Origin: Syntrophales bacterium
GTDB taxonomy: Bacteria; Desulfobacterota; Syntrophia; Syntrophales; UBA2210
Direction: 5' to 3'
Assembly (NCBI GenBank): GCA_963666365.2
Contig: CAXXNF010000001.1
Location: 448,001-512,000, forward strand
DNA length: 64,000 nt
Under the pieces are notes generated by a model, which did not search any database, was not told the origin of the DNA, and saw only the letters and a list, made by a program, of their open reading frames with translations. Numbering within the stretch: position 1 is the stretch's first letter; every line of letters begins with the position of its first letter. Both the position numbers and the translations under genes were made by a program. Shown one piece after another: positions 1 through 10,918 of the stretch.

Positions 1-176
1 CCTACACGCCTGCTTCCATAATCCAGTCCCATTATTCTCATAATAACCACATCTTTTACCACAGCAAGAATTTTATTTTCAATTACCACATTACCGGCAG
101 GCACAACACCTTTTTTCGTATTGTGCCAAGCACGGTATTTTGGTAGCGTTCTTTCCGAGAGGAAAAAGCTGATCAT

Positions 177-2096
177 ATGAAGCATATTGTACTCGGTACG
201 GCAGGACATGTGGATCATGGGAAAACCTCCCTCGTCAAGGCGCTCACCAATATCGATACCGATCGTCTGAAAGAGGAAAAAGAGCGGGGAATTACCATTG
301 AGCTGGGATTTGCCTCACTCGCACTTGATGAAGAGCACCTGGTGGGCATTGTGGATGTTCCCGGACACGAAAGATTCGTCAAAAACATGGTAGCCGGAGC
401 GGCAGGCATCGACATGGTGGTACTTGTCATTGCCGCCGATGAAGGCATCATGCCTCAGACTCGGGAGCATCTCGACATCTGTGCACTGCTTAATATCCGG
501 CAAGGACTTGTTGCCCTGACCAAAATCGATCTTGTCGATACAGAATGGCTTGAATTGGTAAAGGAAGAAATCGAAAGCTTCCTTCAGGGCACTTTTTTGG
601 AGGGGGCGCCTATCGTACCGGTTTCCGCCGCATCCGGATCTGGGCTGGATGCGTTTCTTGATGCCTTGAAATCAATCGCTTTCTCTGCCGAAGAGGTTCG
701 CTATTCAGACTTTTTCCGGCTCCCCGTCGATCGTGTCTTCTCTATGAAAGGGTTCGGTACCGTGGTAACGGGTACGCTGATATCGGGAAGGGTTGCCATC
801 GGCGACACGGTAGCGATACTCCCCACGAATATCCGATCAAAGGTCAGAGGAATTCAAATTCACAATGAATCTGCCACATCGGCTGAGTCGGGTTACCGCA
901 CAGCCATAAACTTTCAGGGAATAGAAAAAACGGCAATCAGCCGCGGTGACGTCATTGCCCATGCCGACATCTTCCAGCCCTCACAGCGCATGGATGTATA
1001 CCTGCGCCATCTTGGGGGATCAAAAAAGGCTTTGAAAAACAGGGCGCCCGTTCGTTTTCATACGGGCGCCGTAGAAATCATGTCGCGGGTCATTCTCCTG
1101 GACAGGGAAGAACTGAAGCCGGGTGAAACGGCCTATTGTCAGATTCTTATGGAAGATCTTACTGTTGCCATGACGAAAGATCGATTCGTTCTGAGAAGTT
1201 ATTCGCCTATCACCACAATCGGCGGCGGCGAGATCATTGATCCTATCGGCGTGAAAATCAAGAAACGTTCAGAAGATTCCCTCAACGAACTTCAGAGGCT
1301 GCACCAAGGCAGCGGGCGGGAAAAAACACAGATCATTCTCGACCGGGCAGGCATGAAGGGTATATCTCTCAGCAGACTCTCCACACGAACAGGCATCACG
1401 CTGACAGAACAAGCCAGAATCCTTGAGGACATGCTTTCAAAAAAGGAGGCCCTGCTCATCGAAAAGGAAGACCGCACCGCAATGTCATTCCCCGTGTATG
1501 CAAGCCTTCTGGACAGAATGCTGGAGATTACAAAGGAATATCACAAGAAATTTCCATTGAAAAAAGGGATTGCAAAGGAAGAGCTTCGCATCAGACTGGC
1601 CGTGAATATCGGTCAGAAATTATTTAATCGCGCCCTCCAGGATCTTGAAGGGCGCAAGAAATTGATAATCGACAGGGATATCTGCTACATTGCGGATCAT
1701 AATGTGCATCTTGAAGGCGAGTTGGGCGACCTCAGGGAGCGCATTTTACAGCGCTATCGCGATGCGGCATTGACCCCGCCGGCAACCAAAGAGGTGATAG
1801 ATCAGTTCCCAGGCACAAAAGGGGAAACACGCAACATATTGAATTTAATGATCAGCGAAGGCCAACTGATAAAATTGAATGAAGACCTGGTGTTCGATAA
1901 AGACGCCCTCGACCGGCTGCGATCCGATTATAAAAACTTGCTCATGAAAATAGAAAGATCGTCTCCCGTAGATTTCAAAGACATGACCGGCCTTTCAAGG
2001 AAATATATTATTCCACTTATGGAATATTTTGACAGGACGAATCTGACGATCCGGGTCGGCAATCACAGAATCCTCAGAGAAAGCGAGAAGAAATGA
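177..2096 (+). CDS. selB: Selenocysteine-specific translation elongation factor SelB
   Basis: [20 protein letters not shown] and DVPGHERF G-domain motifs; C-terminal winged-helix segment [15 protein letters not shown]. Confidence 0.97.
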   Translation: MKHIVLGTAGHVDHGKTSLVKALTNIDTDRLKEEKERGITIELGFASLALDEEHLVGIVDVPGHERFVKNMVAGAAGIDMVVLVIAADEGIMPQTREHLDICALLNIRQGLVALTKIDLVDTEWLELVKEEIESFLQGTFLEGAPIVPVSAASGSGLDAFLDALKSIAFSAEEVRYSDFFRLPVDRVFSMKGFGTVVTGTLISGRVAIGDTVAILPTNIRSKVRGIQIHNESATSAESGYRTAINFQGIEKTAISRGDVIAHADIFQPSQRMDVYLRHLGGSKKALKNRAPVRFHTGAVEIMSRVILLDREELKPGETAYCQILMEDLTVAMTKDRFVLRSYSPITTIGGGEIIDPIGVKIKKRSEDSLNELQRLHQGSGREKTQIILDRAGMKGISLSRLSTRTGITLTEQARILEDMLSKKEALLIEKEDRTAMSFPVYASLLDRMLEITKEYHKKFPLKKGIAKEELRIRLAVNIGQKLFNRALQDLEGRKKLIIDRDICYIADHNVHLEGELGDLRERILQRYRDAALTPPATKEVIDQFPGTKGETRNILNLMISEGQLIKLNEDLVFDKDALDRLRSDYKNLLMKIERSSPVDFKDMTGLSRKYIIPLMEYFDRTNLTIRVGNHRILRESEKK

Positions 2097-2854
2097 CCGA
2101 ACCTATCGATGCGTTTTCAGTTTCGCATTACCGTGACGGCATGTTGGTGAGAAGGACAGATTCGGTGGTGCGAGAGGTCTCATTTTCCATATATTTGAAC
2201 AAAAGCCCGCTGATGGAAATCGCCTGCGCCGGCATTCACCTGAAGGAATTGGCGGTGGGGTTTCTTCACACGGAAGGGCTCGTCGAAGGTATAAAAGATT
2301 TGAAATCGTTAACAATCTCGGAATCGCCCCCAGAGGCGTCCGTTGTAACAGCGGAAAGGAACTGCACCGACATTTCGTCACTCTCCCTTATGTCGAGCGG
2401 CGCCCGCAAGAGCAGGCAGACGCCGTATGCGGCGCCCCTGACAGCGGAACCGCGAATGGCGGCGGTTGATGTACTTTCTCTTATGAACGGGCTTTTGAGT
2501 GCTTCGAACATTCACGAGAGAACTGGCGGGACTCACTGCGCGGCCCTTGCGTGCAACAGAGCAATCATAGCACTGAGAGAGGATATCGGAAGGCACAACA
2601 CTATCGACATGTGTATCGGTTATTCGCTGCTGGAAGAACTGAAACCCGACGATAAGGTAATTGTGACGACAGGCCGCATCTCCTCCGAAATAGTTGGCAA
2701 AGTATGGCGTTACGGTGCGCCGGTGATTATTTCGCACTCCGCGCCGACGTCAAAGGCCATTGACCTCGCCGACCAGGCGGGCATTACCCTCATTGGGTAC
2801 GTGAGAGATAATCGAATGAGGGTATATACTCATGAAAGACGGGTGGTATTTTGA
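2093..2854 (+). CDS. fdhD: Formate dehydrogenase accessory sulfurtransferase FdhD
   Basis: TGGTHCAAL, REDIGRHNTID, TGRISSEIV and SAPTSKA motifs; ATGA overlap with selB. Confidence 0.93.
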   Translation: MTEPIDAFSVSHYRDGMLVRRTDSVVREVSFSIYLNKSPLMEIACAGIHLKELAVGFLHTEGLVEGIKDLKSLTISESPPEASVVTAERNCTDISSLSLMSSGARKSRQTPYAAPLTAEPRMAAVDVLSLMNGLLSASNIHERTGGTHCAALACNRAIIALREDIGRHNTIDMCIGYSLLEELKPDDKVIVTTGRISSEIVGKVWRYGAPVIISHSAPTSKAIDLADQAGITLIGYVRDNRMRVYTHERRVVF

Positions 2855-3864
2855 ACAAGAACGTGTTCATCAAAGACATCAAAGCCGGCGACAAGATGAC
2901 GGATATCTTTTTAGTAACGGAGAAAAATCTTGCATTCTCGCAAAAAGGAAATCCTTATCTTAACTTGCGCCTTCGGGACAAAACGGGAGAGATTGACGGC
3001 AGGGTATGGGACAATGCCGTCGAAGTAAACGGTCAATTCAGGAAAGGAGACATCATTCGGGCGGAAGCGAGAGCGGTCAGTTATCGGGATGCGATTCAGC
3101 TTTCAATCTTTGAATGCACTGTCATTGATACCGATCTCGTCAACCCGGCCGATTTTTCTCCTTCCTCCCGATTCGGGATTGACGTCATGTTCTCATCGCT
3201 GATGGATATTGTCGCAACCATTGAACAACCATATCTTAAACGTCTGCTGGAAGCGATCTTCAGCGACCAAGACACAGTCCATGCATTCATACATGCCCCT
3301 GCGGCCAAGGGATTCCATCACGCCTACATAGGCGGGCTTCTTGAACACACACTCTCCGTAAGCCGTCTTCTGATCCATTGTGCCGGCCATTATGAAAATA
3401 TTGACCGCGATCTCATGCTGACGGGAGGAATCCTTCATGACATCGGCAAAACCTCTGAGCTTTCCTTCGATTCGGTTATTGAATATACCGACGAAGGAAG
3501 ACTGGTGGGACATATTGTCCTCGGGGTCGAACTGCTGAACCGAAAAATATCATCAATAGAAAACTTTCCCGAAGATCTTGCTCTCAAACTGAGGCACATC
3601 CTCCTCAGCCACCATGGAGTACTTGAGTTCGGCTCTCCCAAACGCCCCAAAACGCTGGAGGCGCTTTTAGTAAACTTTGTTGATGATTTGGATGCAAAGG
3701 TGAATGCCTTTCAGGAATTCATAAATGACTCGAACGACGATTCACACTGGACGCCTTTTCACCGTCTGCTGGAACGATACATCTACAAGGGCACCCTCCC
3801 TGTTTCAGCCGAAACCAGCCGCAAACCGGAGATGACCTTCTCTTCGGAAGACGACGACACGTAA
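2851..3864 (+). CDS. yhaM: OB-fold plus HD-domain 3'-5' exoribonuclease, YhaM-like
   Basis: N-terminal OB fold (LRDKTGEIDGRVW), HHAYIGGLLEHT, LHDIGK, SHHG-LEFGSPKRP. Confidence 0.88.
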   Translation: MNKNVFIKDIKAGDKMTDIFLVTEKNLAFSQKGNPYLNLRLRDKTGEIDGRVWDNAVEVNGQFRKGDIIRAEARAVSYRDAIQLSIFECTVIDTDLVNPADFSPSSRFGIDVMFSSLMDIVATIEQPYLKRLLEAIFSDQDTVHAFIHAPAAKGFHHAYIGGLLEHTLSVSRLLIHCAGHYENIDRDLMLTGGILHDIGKTSELSFDSVIEYTDEGRLVGHIVLGVELLNRKISSIENFPEDLALKLRHILLSHHGVLEFGSPKRPKTLEALLVNFVDDLDAKVNAFQEFINDSNDDSHWTPFHRLLERYIYKGTLPVSAETSRKPEMTFSSEDDDT

Positions 3865-3873
3865 GGAGCGAAT

Positions 3874-3908
3874 AAAAAAGGCGCCGTCACGTGAAAAGTG
3901 ACGGCGCC
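3874..3908 (-). terminator. Intrinsic terminator of the prpE pair
   Basis: 11-bp inverted repeat GGCGCCGTCAC/GTGACGGCGCC with an A-tract on its left (U-tract on the minus strand). Confidence 0.75.
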
Positions 3909-3939
3909 GCAGTGTACCTCACGTTATAAGTGTCATCGC

Positions 3940-5838
3940 TTATTTCGCATAGCCCAAGGCCTTTGCCGCTTCCGCTACTACCTCCAGGACTGAGGCATCC
4001 TCGATTGTCGAAGGAACTGTATATTCCTCACCATTTGCGATTTTTCGCATGGTAGCGCGGAGGATCTTCCCTGAACGGGTTTTCGGAAGCGCCTTGACAA
4101 CCGAGCACTCCCTGAAACAGGCCACGGCGCCGATCTGCGCACGAACCATCTGGACCAATTCGTCGGTTATTTCCTTGGGATCTCTTTCAACACCCGCCTT
4201 CAGCACAACGAATCCCACGGGAACTTGCCCCTTGAGCTGCTCGTTTACCCCAATTACCGCACATTCGGCGATGTCCTGATGCCCCGATACAACTTCTTCC
4301 ATGGCGCCGGTCGACAGCCGGTGGCCGGCAACGTTGATCACGTCATCCACACGGCCCATAATGAAAAGATACCCGTCTTCATCAAAGAACCCTCCGTCGC
4401 CGGTGACATAATAGCCGGGTATCTGCGTAACATACTCGAGGAAACGTTCATCGTCATTAAACAGTGTAGTCAACGTACCGGGGGGAAGCGGCAGCTTAAT
4501 CACCACATACCCATCCACGCCCTGAGCCATTTGCCGGCCCTCTGAATCGACGATCTGAACATTATATCCGGGAATCGGCTTTGTGGGAGAACCGGCTTTG
4601 ATCGGGAACGGTTCAATCCCCATACAGTTTCCTGCGATTCCCCATCCCGTTTCCGTCTGCCACCAGTGATCGATCACGGGAATTCCCAGCATGCTGCGTG
4701 CCCACTGGTAAGTGTCGGGATCAAGGCGCTCACCCGCCAGGAAGAGGTAATTCAGCGAAGAAATATCATATTTCTTTAAATAGGTTGCATCGGGATCTTC
4801 TTTTTTAATTGCCCGGAACGCAGTAGGAGCGGTAAAGAGCGCCTTGACCCCATGTTCCGACACCACCCGCCAGAAGGCCCCCGGATCGGGCGTCCCTACC
4901 GGTTTACCTTCATAGACAATCGTCGTGCAGCCTGTCAGCAGCGGTGCATACACGATATAAGAATGACCAACCACCCACCCTACATCGGAGGCCGCCCAGT
5001 ACACGTCACCGGGACCGACATTGTAAAGATGCTTCATAGACCACTTCAGTGCCACGGCATGACCGCCGTTATCCCGCACAATTCCCTTGGGGCGTCCCGT
5101 GGTTCCCGAGGTGTAGAGAATATACAAAGGATCCGTCGCCGCTACGCTCACACACTCTGCGGGCGTTGCCCGGGCCATTTCCTCAGCCCAGTTGAAATCC
5201 CGCCCTTCAATCAACGGGGCCTCGACCTGAGGTCTCTGATAAATAATGCAGGCCAGAGGTTTATGATCGGCCAATTCGATTGCTTTGTCCAAAAGGGGTT
5301 TGTAGGGAAGCACCTTTTTACCTTCGATGCCGCAGGATGCCGACAGGGCGACCTTGGGTTTGGCATCGTTGATGCGGATAGCCAGCTCGTGTGGGGCGAA
5401 TCCTCCAAATACGACTGAGTGAATGGCACCAAGACGTGCACAGGCGAGCATCGCCACCACCGCCTCAGGAATCATCGGCATATAAATAACGACGGTGTCC
5501 CCCTTTTCAACGCCTTTCCCTTTCAGCATGCCGGCGCAATGCGCCACCCTGTCCAGAAGTTCCCGATAGGTAATTTTTTGTACCGTCTCCGTGACGGGAC
5601 TGTCATAGATAATCGCCGTCTGGTCGCCCCTTCCGGTTTCCACATGATAATCCAGCGCATTGTAACAGGTGTTCAGTTCCCCTCCGACAAACCATCGATA
5701 AAAAGGCGCGTTGCCATCGTCCAGGACCTTGTCCCCGCGCTTGTACCATTGAACAGCCTCAGCCGCTTCTCCCCAGAAACCCTCCGGATCGGTGATTGAC
5801 CGTTCATACACCTCTGTAAATCGTAATCTGTCCGCCAT
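3940..5838 (-). CDS. prpE: Propionyl-CoA/acetyl-CoA synthetase, copy 2
   Basis: YILYTSGTTGRPKG, DHWWQTETG and LPKTRSGK motifs; start placed at MADRL after an AAAGGAG RBS. Confidence 0.9.
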   Translation of the reverse strand: MADRLRFTEVYERSITDPEGFWGEAAEAVQWYKRGDKVLDDGNAPFYRWFVGGELNTCYNALDYHVETGRGDQTAIIYDSPVTETVQKITYRELLDRVAHCAGMLKGKGVEKGDTVVIYMPMIPEAVVAMLACARLGAIHSVVFGGFAPHELAIRINDAKPKVALSASCGIEGKKVLPYKPLLDKAIELADHKPLACIIYQRPQVEAPLIEGRDFNWAEEMARATPAECVSVAATDPLYILYTSGTTGRPKGIVRDNGGHAVALKWSMKHLYNVGPGDVYWAASDVGWVVGHSYIVYAPLLTGCTTIVYEGKPVGTPDPGAFWRVVSEHGVKALFTAPTAFRAIKKEDPDATYLKKYDISSLNYLFLAGERLDPDTYQWARSMLGIPVIDHWWQTETGWGIAGNCMGIEPFPIKAGSPTKPIPGYNVQIVDSEGRQMAQGVDGYVVIKLPLPPGTLTTLFNDDERFLEYVTQIPGYYVTGDGGFFDEDGYLFIMGRVDDVINVAGHRLSTGAMEEVVSGHQDIAECAVIGVNEQLKGQVPVGFVVLKAGVERDPKEITDELVQMVRAQIGAVACFRECSVVKALPKTRSGKILRATMRKIANGEEYTVPSTIEDASVLEVVAEAAKALGYAK

Positions 5839-6100
5839 AAGAACTCCTTTCCCCTTTTTTACTCTCTTTTCTGGGCCGCCATCGAGCCTATGGCGCATGC
5901 ATGACTGCCTTTGGCTCGATGAAAAGGCATCTTCTCTTTCCCAAGGATTAATTCTTTTTCATACGACACAACGGTCGAAAAAGACAATAGGGGTTAATTA
6001 AGGGCATAATAGGGGTTGCCAACCTCTACTTTTTTCAAGGCCCCGCTATACGAAATAAGGGTCCTGCACCAGGGCCGACAACAACCCTTTTCAGCGCCAA

Positions 6101-7999
6101 TTATTTTTTCGGATATCCGATTAACATTGTGGCTTTTTTTATCTCATTCAATACTTCGGGGTCGTCAATAGTCGAAGGAATCGTGTATTCCTCCCCATCG
6201 GTGATCTTACGGATTGTGCCCCGCAGCACCTTACCGCTTCTCGTTTTGGGAAGACGCGCCACAATGCTCACATCTTTTAAGCAGGCAAGGGCGCCGATTT
6301 CATCACGAACCATCGCAACGATTTCTCTTTGCACCTCGCGCGCATCCTTTTCCGTTCCTGTTTTAAGAACGGCAAAGGCCACGGGAACCTGTCCTTTGAG
6401 GGAATCGGCAACGCCGACTACTGCACATTCCGCCACATCGGGATGACCTGCGACCACCTCTTCCATCCCTCCCGTTGAGAGACGATGGCCAGCCACATTG
6501 ATGATATCGTCAACCCGCCCCATGACAAAGAGATAGCCCTCTTCGTCCTTGAATCCGTTATCGCCCGTGCTATAATACCCTTTAAAATCGGAAAGATATG
6601 ATTGGACGTAGTGGTCGTCTTTCTGCCAGAGCGTGGGAAGGCAGCCGGGCGGAAGGGGCAGCTTCACGGCAATAACCCCCTCTTCCCCATGGGGAACCTC
6701 TTTCGCGGCGTAATCAAGAATTCTCACATCGTATCCCGGCACCGCCTTTGTCGGCGACCCCGGCTTCAGGGGAAGCATCTCAATGCCCGCGCAATTCGCC
6801 GCCATGGGCCACCCTGATTCCGTCTGCCACCAGTGATCGATCACGGGAATATCGAGCAGATCGGAGGCCCAGTGATAGGTATCGGGATCGAGCCGTTCGC
6901 CGGCAAGAAAAAGGTATTTGAGACATGATATGTCGTATTTTTTTACATAGGCCCCTTCAGAGTCCTCCTTTTTAATGGCCCGAAAGGCCGTAGGCGCCGT
7001 AAAGAGGACTTTCACTCTGTGCTCCGACACCACCCGCCAGAAGGCGCCCGGATCGGGGGTTCCTACCGGCTTCCCCTCATACAGAACCGTCGTGCATCCC
7101 TGCAGCAAGGGTCCATAGACGATATATGAATGACCTACTGCCCAGCCCAGGTCGGAGGCCGCCCAATACACATCACCCGGATCGGTGTCATAAATATGTT
7201 TCATGCTCCATTTTAACGCCACCGCATGTCCACCGTTGTCGCGGACCACCCCCTTGGGGATGCCCGTTGTTCCCGAGGTATAAAGAATATAAAGGGGATC
7301 GGTTGCCTCCACCGGTTCGCAGGGCGCCGCCTGCGCCCCATCCAGTGCGCGGTTCCACTCTATGTCCCTCCCCTCAATCAAATCGGCCTTGACCTGTGGC
7401 CGCTGAAAGATGACGCATCGCTCCGGTTTATGACGGGAAAGGGCAATCGCCTGATCCAGAAGCGGTTTATAGGGAATGGGGCCTTTGGGCTCTATTCCGC
7501 AGGAGCCGGAAAGAATCACTTTCGGTTTCGCATCGTCTATCCGTATGGAAAGCTCGTTGGCGGCAAACCCTCCGAATACGAGCGAATGGACGGCGCCGAT
7601 GCGGGCGCAGGCAAGAACTCCCACAATCGTCTCGGGGATCATGGGCATATATATGATAACCCTGTCCCCTTTTTCAACGCCCAGCGATTTCAGGACGCCG
7701 GCAAAGCGTTCGACCTGACTCAGGAGTTCCTGATAGGTAATGGTGCGCACGCTGTTCGTCACCGGACTGTCGTATATGACGGCGACCTGATCGGCGCGCC
7801 CCATTGCAACATGATAGTCGAGGGCATTGTAACAGGTATTCAGGCGGCCACCGGCAAACCAGCGATAAAAGGGCAGCCGTGAATCATCGAGCACGCGATC
7901 CCATTTCTTTTTCCAGTGAATTTCCTCGGCGGCTTCGGCCCAGAATCCATCCCTGTCTTCCATTGAACGTCGAAATGCCTCATCATAGGATTTGTACAT
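6101..7999 (-). CDS. prpE: Propionyl-CoA/acetyl-CoA synthetase, copy 1
   Basis: YILYTSGTTGIPKG, DHWWQTESG and LPKTRSGK motifs; colinear paralog of 3940-5838. Confidence 0.9.
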   Translation of the reverse strand: MYKSYDEAFRRSMEDRDGFWAEAAEEIHWKKKWDRVLDDSRLPFYRWFAGGRLNTCYNALDYHVAMGRADQVAVIYDSPVTNSVRTITYQELLSQVERFAGVLKSLGVEKGDRVIIYMPMIPETIVGVLACARIGAVHSLVFGGFAANELSIRIDDAKPKVILSGSCGIEPKGPIPYKPLLDQAIALSRHKPERCVIFQRPQVKADLIEGRDIEWNRALDGAQAAPCEPVEATDPLYILYTSGTTGIPKGVVRDNGGHAVALKWSMKHIYDTDPGDVYWAASDLGWAVGHSYIVYGPLLQGCTTVLYEGKPVGTPDPGAFWRVVSEHRVKVLFTAPTAFRAIKKEDSEGAYVKKYDISCLKYLFLAGERLDPDTYHWASDLLDIPVIDHWWQTESGWPMAANCAGIEMLPLKPGSPTKAVPGYDVRILDYAAKEVPHGEEGVIAVKLPLPPGCLPTLWQKDDHYVQSYLSDFKGYYSTGDNGFKDEEGYLFVMGRVDDIINVAGHRLSTGGMEEVVAGHPDVAECAVVGVADSLKGQVPVAFAVLKTGTEKDAREVQREIVAMVRDEIGALACLKDVSIVARLPKTRSGKVLRGTIRKITDGEEYTIPSTIDDPEVLNEIKKATMLIGYPKK

Positions 8000-8028
8000 A
8001 GTGGACCCCCCTTTTTTCTCGTTCTGCC

Positions 8029-8736
8029 TTACTGTCTCTCTCCGAAAATGGCCCTGCCGATTCTGACGATGGTAGCCCCTTCTTCGACGGCAACTTCGTA
8101 ATCGCCACTCATCCCCATGGAAAGTTCATTCATGAACACTCCGTCGATGTGCGCTTCGGCAACGCGGGCACTCAGAGCGCGGAGTTCGGAAAAATAAGGC
8201 CTGGAATCTTCCGGATCGGAAGACCAGGGCGGCATTGTCATCAACCCTTGAATTGAAAGGTTTGACAATGGGGCAATCGCCTGTACAAGGGGAAGGATTT
8301 CTTCCTTGACAATACCTCTTTTGCTTTCCTCTCCCGACAGATTGACTTCGATCAGGACCTTCATAGTTCTGTCGGCGCCCTTTGCCCTTCGATCGATCTC
8401 TTTGGCCAATGCAATTCTGTCGATGGAGTGAATCATATCGATGAATTGGACAGCATATTTTGCCTTGTTGCTCTGGAGGTGGCCGATCATATGCCATTCA
8501 ATGCTCTTCCCCAGCATTTCGATTTTCCGTCGCGCCTCCTGGATGTAGTTTTCGCCAATAATGTCCACGCCGATCTCCATTGCCTCGGCGATCCGGTCGT
8601 CATCCACCGTCTTGGTAACGGCCATGAGTCTCACATTCCGGGGATCGCGTCCCGACCGCAGGGCGGCCCCGGCGATTCTCTCTCGTATGGAGACTATATT
8701 CTTTTCAATTGCCGACATTGATTCCATCCTCTGCAT
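8029..8736 (-). CDS. yggS: PLP homeostasis protein, YggS family
   Basis: MAVTKT, GENYIQE, WHMIGHLQSNKAK, LSMGMSGDY, VRIGRAIFG. Confidence 0.95.
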   Translation of the reverse strand: MQRMESMSAIEKNIVSIRERIAGAALRSGRDPRNVRLMAVTKTVDDDRIAEAMEIGVDIIGENYIQEARRKIEMLGKSIEWHMIGHLQSNKAKYAVQFIDMIHSIDRIALAKEIDRRAKGADRTMKVLIEVNLSGEESKRGIVKEEILPLVQAIAPLSNLSIQGLMTMPPWSSDPEDSRPYFSELRALSARVAEAHIDGVFMNELSMGMSGDYEVAVEEGATIVRIGRAIFGERQ

Positions 8737-8738
8737 CT

Positions 8739-9320
8739 TTACAAGAACCGGACTATCCCCACCTGTTTCAACGCCGCCACGACCTCGGTCAGGGGCAGAC
8801 CAATGACATTGGTATAGGATCCGTGTATCTCTTGAATAAAAAACGCCGCCTTCCCCTGAACGGCATAGGCGCCTGCCTTGTCATAGGGCTCCTCGGTACC
8901 CACATACCATTCAATTTCATCATCGGGCAACTCTTTAAAACGCACCGTCGATTCAACCGCACCTGAAATGCTGATATTGCTGCTTTTTCTGACAAGAGAA
9001 AAACCGGTCATCACCCGATGCGCTCTTCCGCTGAGGATTCGAAGCATTTTTTTGGCGTGATCCCTGTTGTCAGGCTTTCCAAGAATCCGCCCATCGACAA
9101 TCACTATAGTATCTGCACCTAAAATCCATGAATCGGGGCGCCTCTCGGCGACAAAAGAAGCTTTCTCCAGGGAAAGCCTCAGGGTATGATCCCGCGGTGT
9201 CTCTCCCTCACCTTCCGGTTCGTCGATGCCACTGGGTATGACCTCGAACTTCAGTCCTAATCCTCCCAGCAATTCCCTTCGTCGAGGAGAGAGAGAGGCC
9301 AGCACAAATGATTCATTCAT
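8739..9320 (-). CDS. maf: Maf family nucleoside triphosphate pyrophosphatase
   Basis: LASLSPRRRELL, GADTIV, ILGKP, DKAGAYAVQG, NVIGLPL; start placed at MNESF. Confidence 0.93.
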   Translation of the reverse strand: MNESFVLASLSPRRRELLGGLGLKFEVIPSGIDEPEGEGETPRDHTLRLSLEKASFVAERRPDSWILGADTIVIVDGRILGKPDNRDHAKKMLRILSGRAHRVMTGFSLVRKSSNISISGAVESTVRFKELPDDEIEWYVGTEEPYDKAGAYAVQGKAAFFIQEIHGSYTNVIGLPLTEVVAALKQVGIVRFL

Positions 9321-9376
9321 TATCACAACATCCTGTCGTTTATTTATATCAGAAAAGGAATGCACCACGCCCCTTT

Positions 9377-9766
9377 TCAGATTGTTTTGACCCACACTTT
9401 CCTCGTACGGGGCCCGTCAAACTCGCAAAAAAAGATCGACTGCCAGGTACCGAGCATCAATCGGCCGTTCTCCACCATTACCAGTTCCGATGCACCTATC
9501 AGCGAGGCCTTGATATGAGCCGCCGAATTTCCCTCAAAATGCCGGTACCCGTCATCAAGAGGAATGACACTGCCCAGCTCTTTCAAAATGTCCGCAGGAA
9601 CATCGGGATCGGCATTCTCATTGATTGTAACGGCCGCCGTTGTGTGGGGCACACACACATGGCAGAGACCATCTTTTAAGGACGAGTCGGCAACGGCAGT
9701 CTGTACCTGCAGTGTGATATCGATCATCTCGAAGCGCGAATGAGTTCGCACAATCAATTCTTTCAT
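9377..9766 (-). CDS. yjbQ: YjbQ (UPF0047) family protein
   Basis: PHTTAAVTINENADPDV, HFEGNSAAHIKASL, LGTWQSIFFCEFDGPR. Confidence 0.93.
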   Translation of the reverse strand: MKELIVRTHSRFEMIDITLQVQTAVADSSLKDGLCHVCVPHTTAAVTINENADPDVPADILKELGSVIPLDDGYRHFEGNSAAHIKASLIGASELVMVENGRLMLGTWQSIFFCEFDGPRTRKVWVKTI

Positions 9767-9802
9767 AAAATACCTCCTCCGAATCTGTTCTTCAATTAGC
9801 TT

Positions 9803-9831
9803 TTGACTTGACCCTGCCGCTCGGTTATAGT
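9803..9831 (+). promoter_or_regulatory. Putative sigma70 promoter upstream of pilD
   Basis: TTGACT-N17-TATAGT. Confidence 0.5.
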
Positions 9832-9958
9832 GCCGTACTATAATTTATAATCTTTATTTTTTCAATGAATGAAGCCTTCTCCAACAAGGAATGATAGCAG
9901 GAATTAAGGATTTAAAAAAGTTTCCACACCATTGAGTGTGCATTGCTGAGGTGGATAT

Positions 9959-10723
9959 ATGCATATAGTTCTGTCAATTTTCTTTTTTGTTGTCGGTGCG
10001 GCCGTGGGGAGTTTTCTTAATGTCTGCATTTTCAGGATACCCGAAGGAAAATCCATAGTCCTTCCCTCTTCACACTGCTTCAGCTGCGGAAAGCCTATCC
10101 GCTATTACGACAACATCCCGATACTCAGCTTCCTCATACTGAGAGGCGCCTGCCGCAACTGCGGCGCGAAACTATCCTTCCAATATCCGGCCGTGGAGCT
10201 TTTGACGGGAGTAATGTCCCTTGTGCTCTATCGTACCTACGGACTTTCATTCTCGTTTCTTTTCACCTTTCTTTTCACCGCGACACTGATCGTGATTACA
10301 TTCATCGATCTTCGCCACCAAATCATACCCCACGCATTGACGCTTCCCGGCATACCTTTCTTCTGCTTTGCCGCGGTCTTTTTCATGGGCCTCGCCCCGT
10401 TGGAGGGATTTCTGGGTATTATGATCGGCGCGGGCAGCCTCTATTTTGTGGCAGTCTATTATGAAGCCCTGACAGGTCGCGAGGGCATGGGAGGCGGCGA
10501 CATCAATTTGATTGCAATGATGGGGGGATTTTTGGGATGGAAATCACTTATATATATTATACTCGTCTCTTCCTTCGCCGGTGCGATAATAGGCATTGCC
10601 CTCATGATCGGGAAGGGGAAAGATACAAAATACGCAGTCCCCTTCGGACCTTTCCTCTCAATCGGCGCCGTTTCCTACCTTTTTTTCAGCGAATATTGGG
10701 TTCGTTTTCTCTTCATGCGGTAG
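9959..10723 (+). CDS. pilD: Prepilin peptidase/N-methyltransferase (A24)
   Basis: GSFLNVCIFRIP, two CxxC pairs, GMGGGD, VPFGPFL. Confidence 0.93.
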   Translation: MHIVLSIFFFVVGAAVGSFLNVCIFRIPEGKSIVLPSSHCFSCGKPIRYYDNIPILSFLILRGACRNCGAKLSFQYPAVELLTGVMSLVLYRTYGLSFSFLFTFLFTATLIVITFIDLRHQIIPHALTLPGIPFFCFAAVFFMGLAPLEGFLGIMIGAGSLYFVAVYYEALTGREGMGGGDINLIAMMGGFLGWKSLIYIILVSSFAGAIIGIALMIGKGKDTKYAVPFGPFLSIGAVSYLFFSEYWVRFLFMR

Positions 10724-10918
10724 GATCTTCCGCCATTGCCCATGACCCAGAATCGCCAGGGGATGGCGAAAGGTTATCAATTTTCTTGATTTAAAATCAC
10801 ATCCATATTATAAGGCCGGTGGCAAAAAACCCAGTCGGTGCACTCAAAAAAAGACTCAGGGGTTGGCCGTGGCGCCAACTATTCCTTTTTATATACCCTG
10901 ACATGAGAATGAAGAATT

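Noticed and set aside
10815..10918. T-box riboswitch upstream of argS
   Set aside because: The leader is too short and lacks the T-box consensus; kept only as a generic structured leader.
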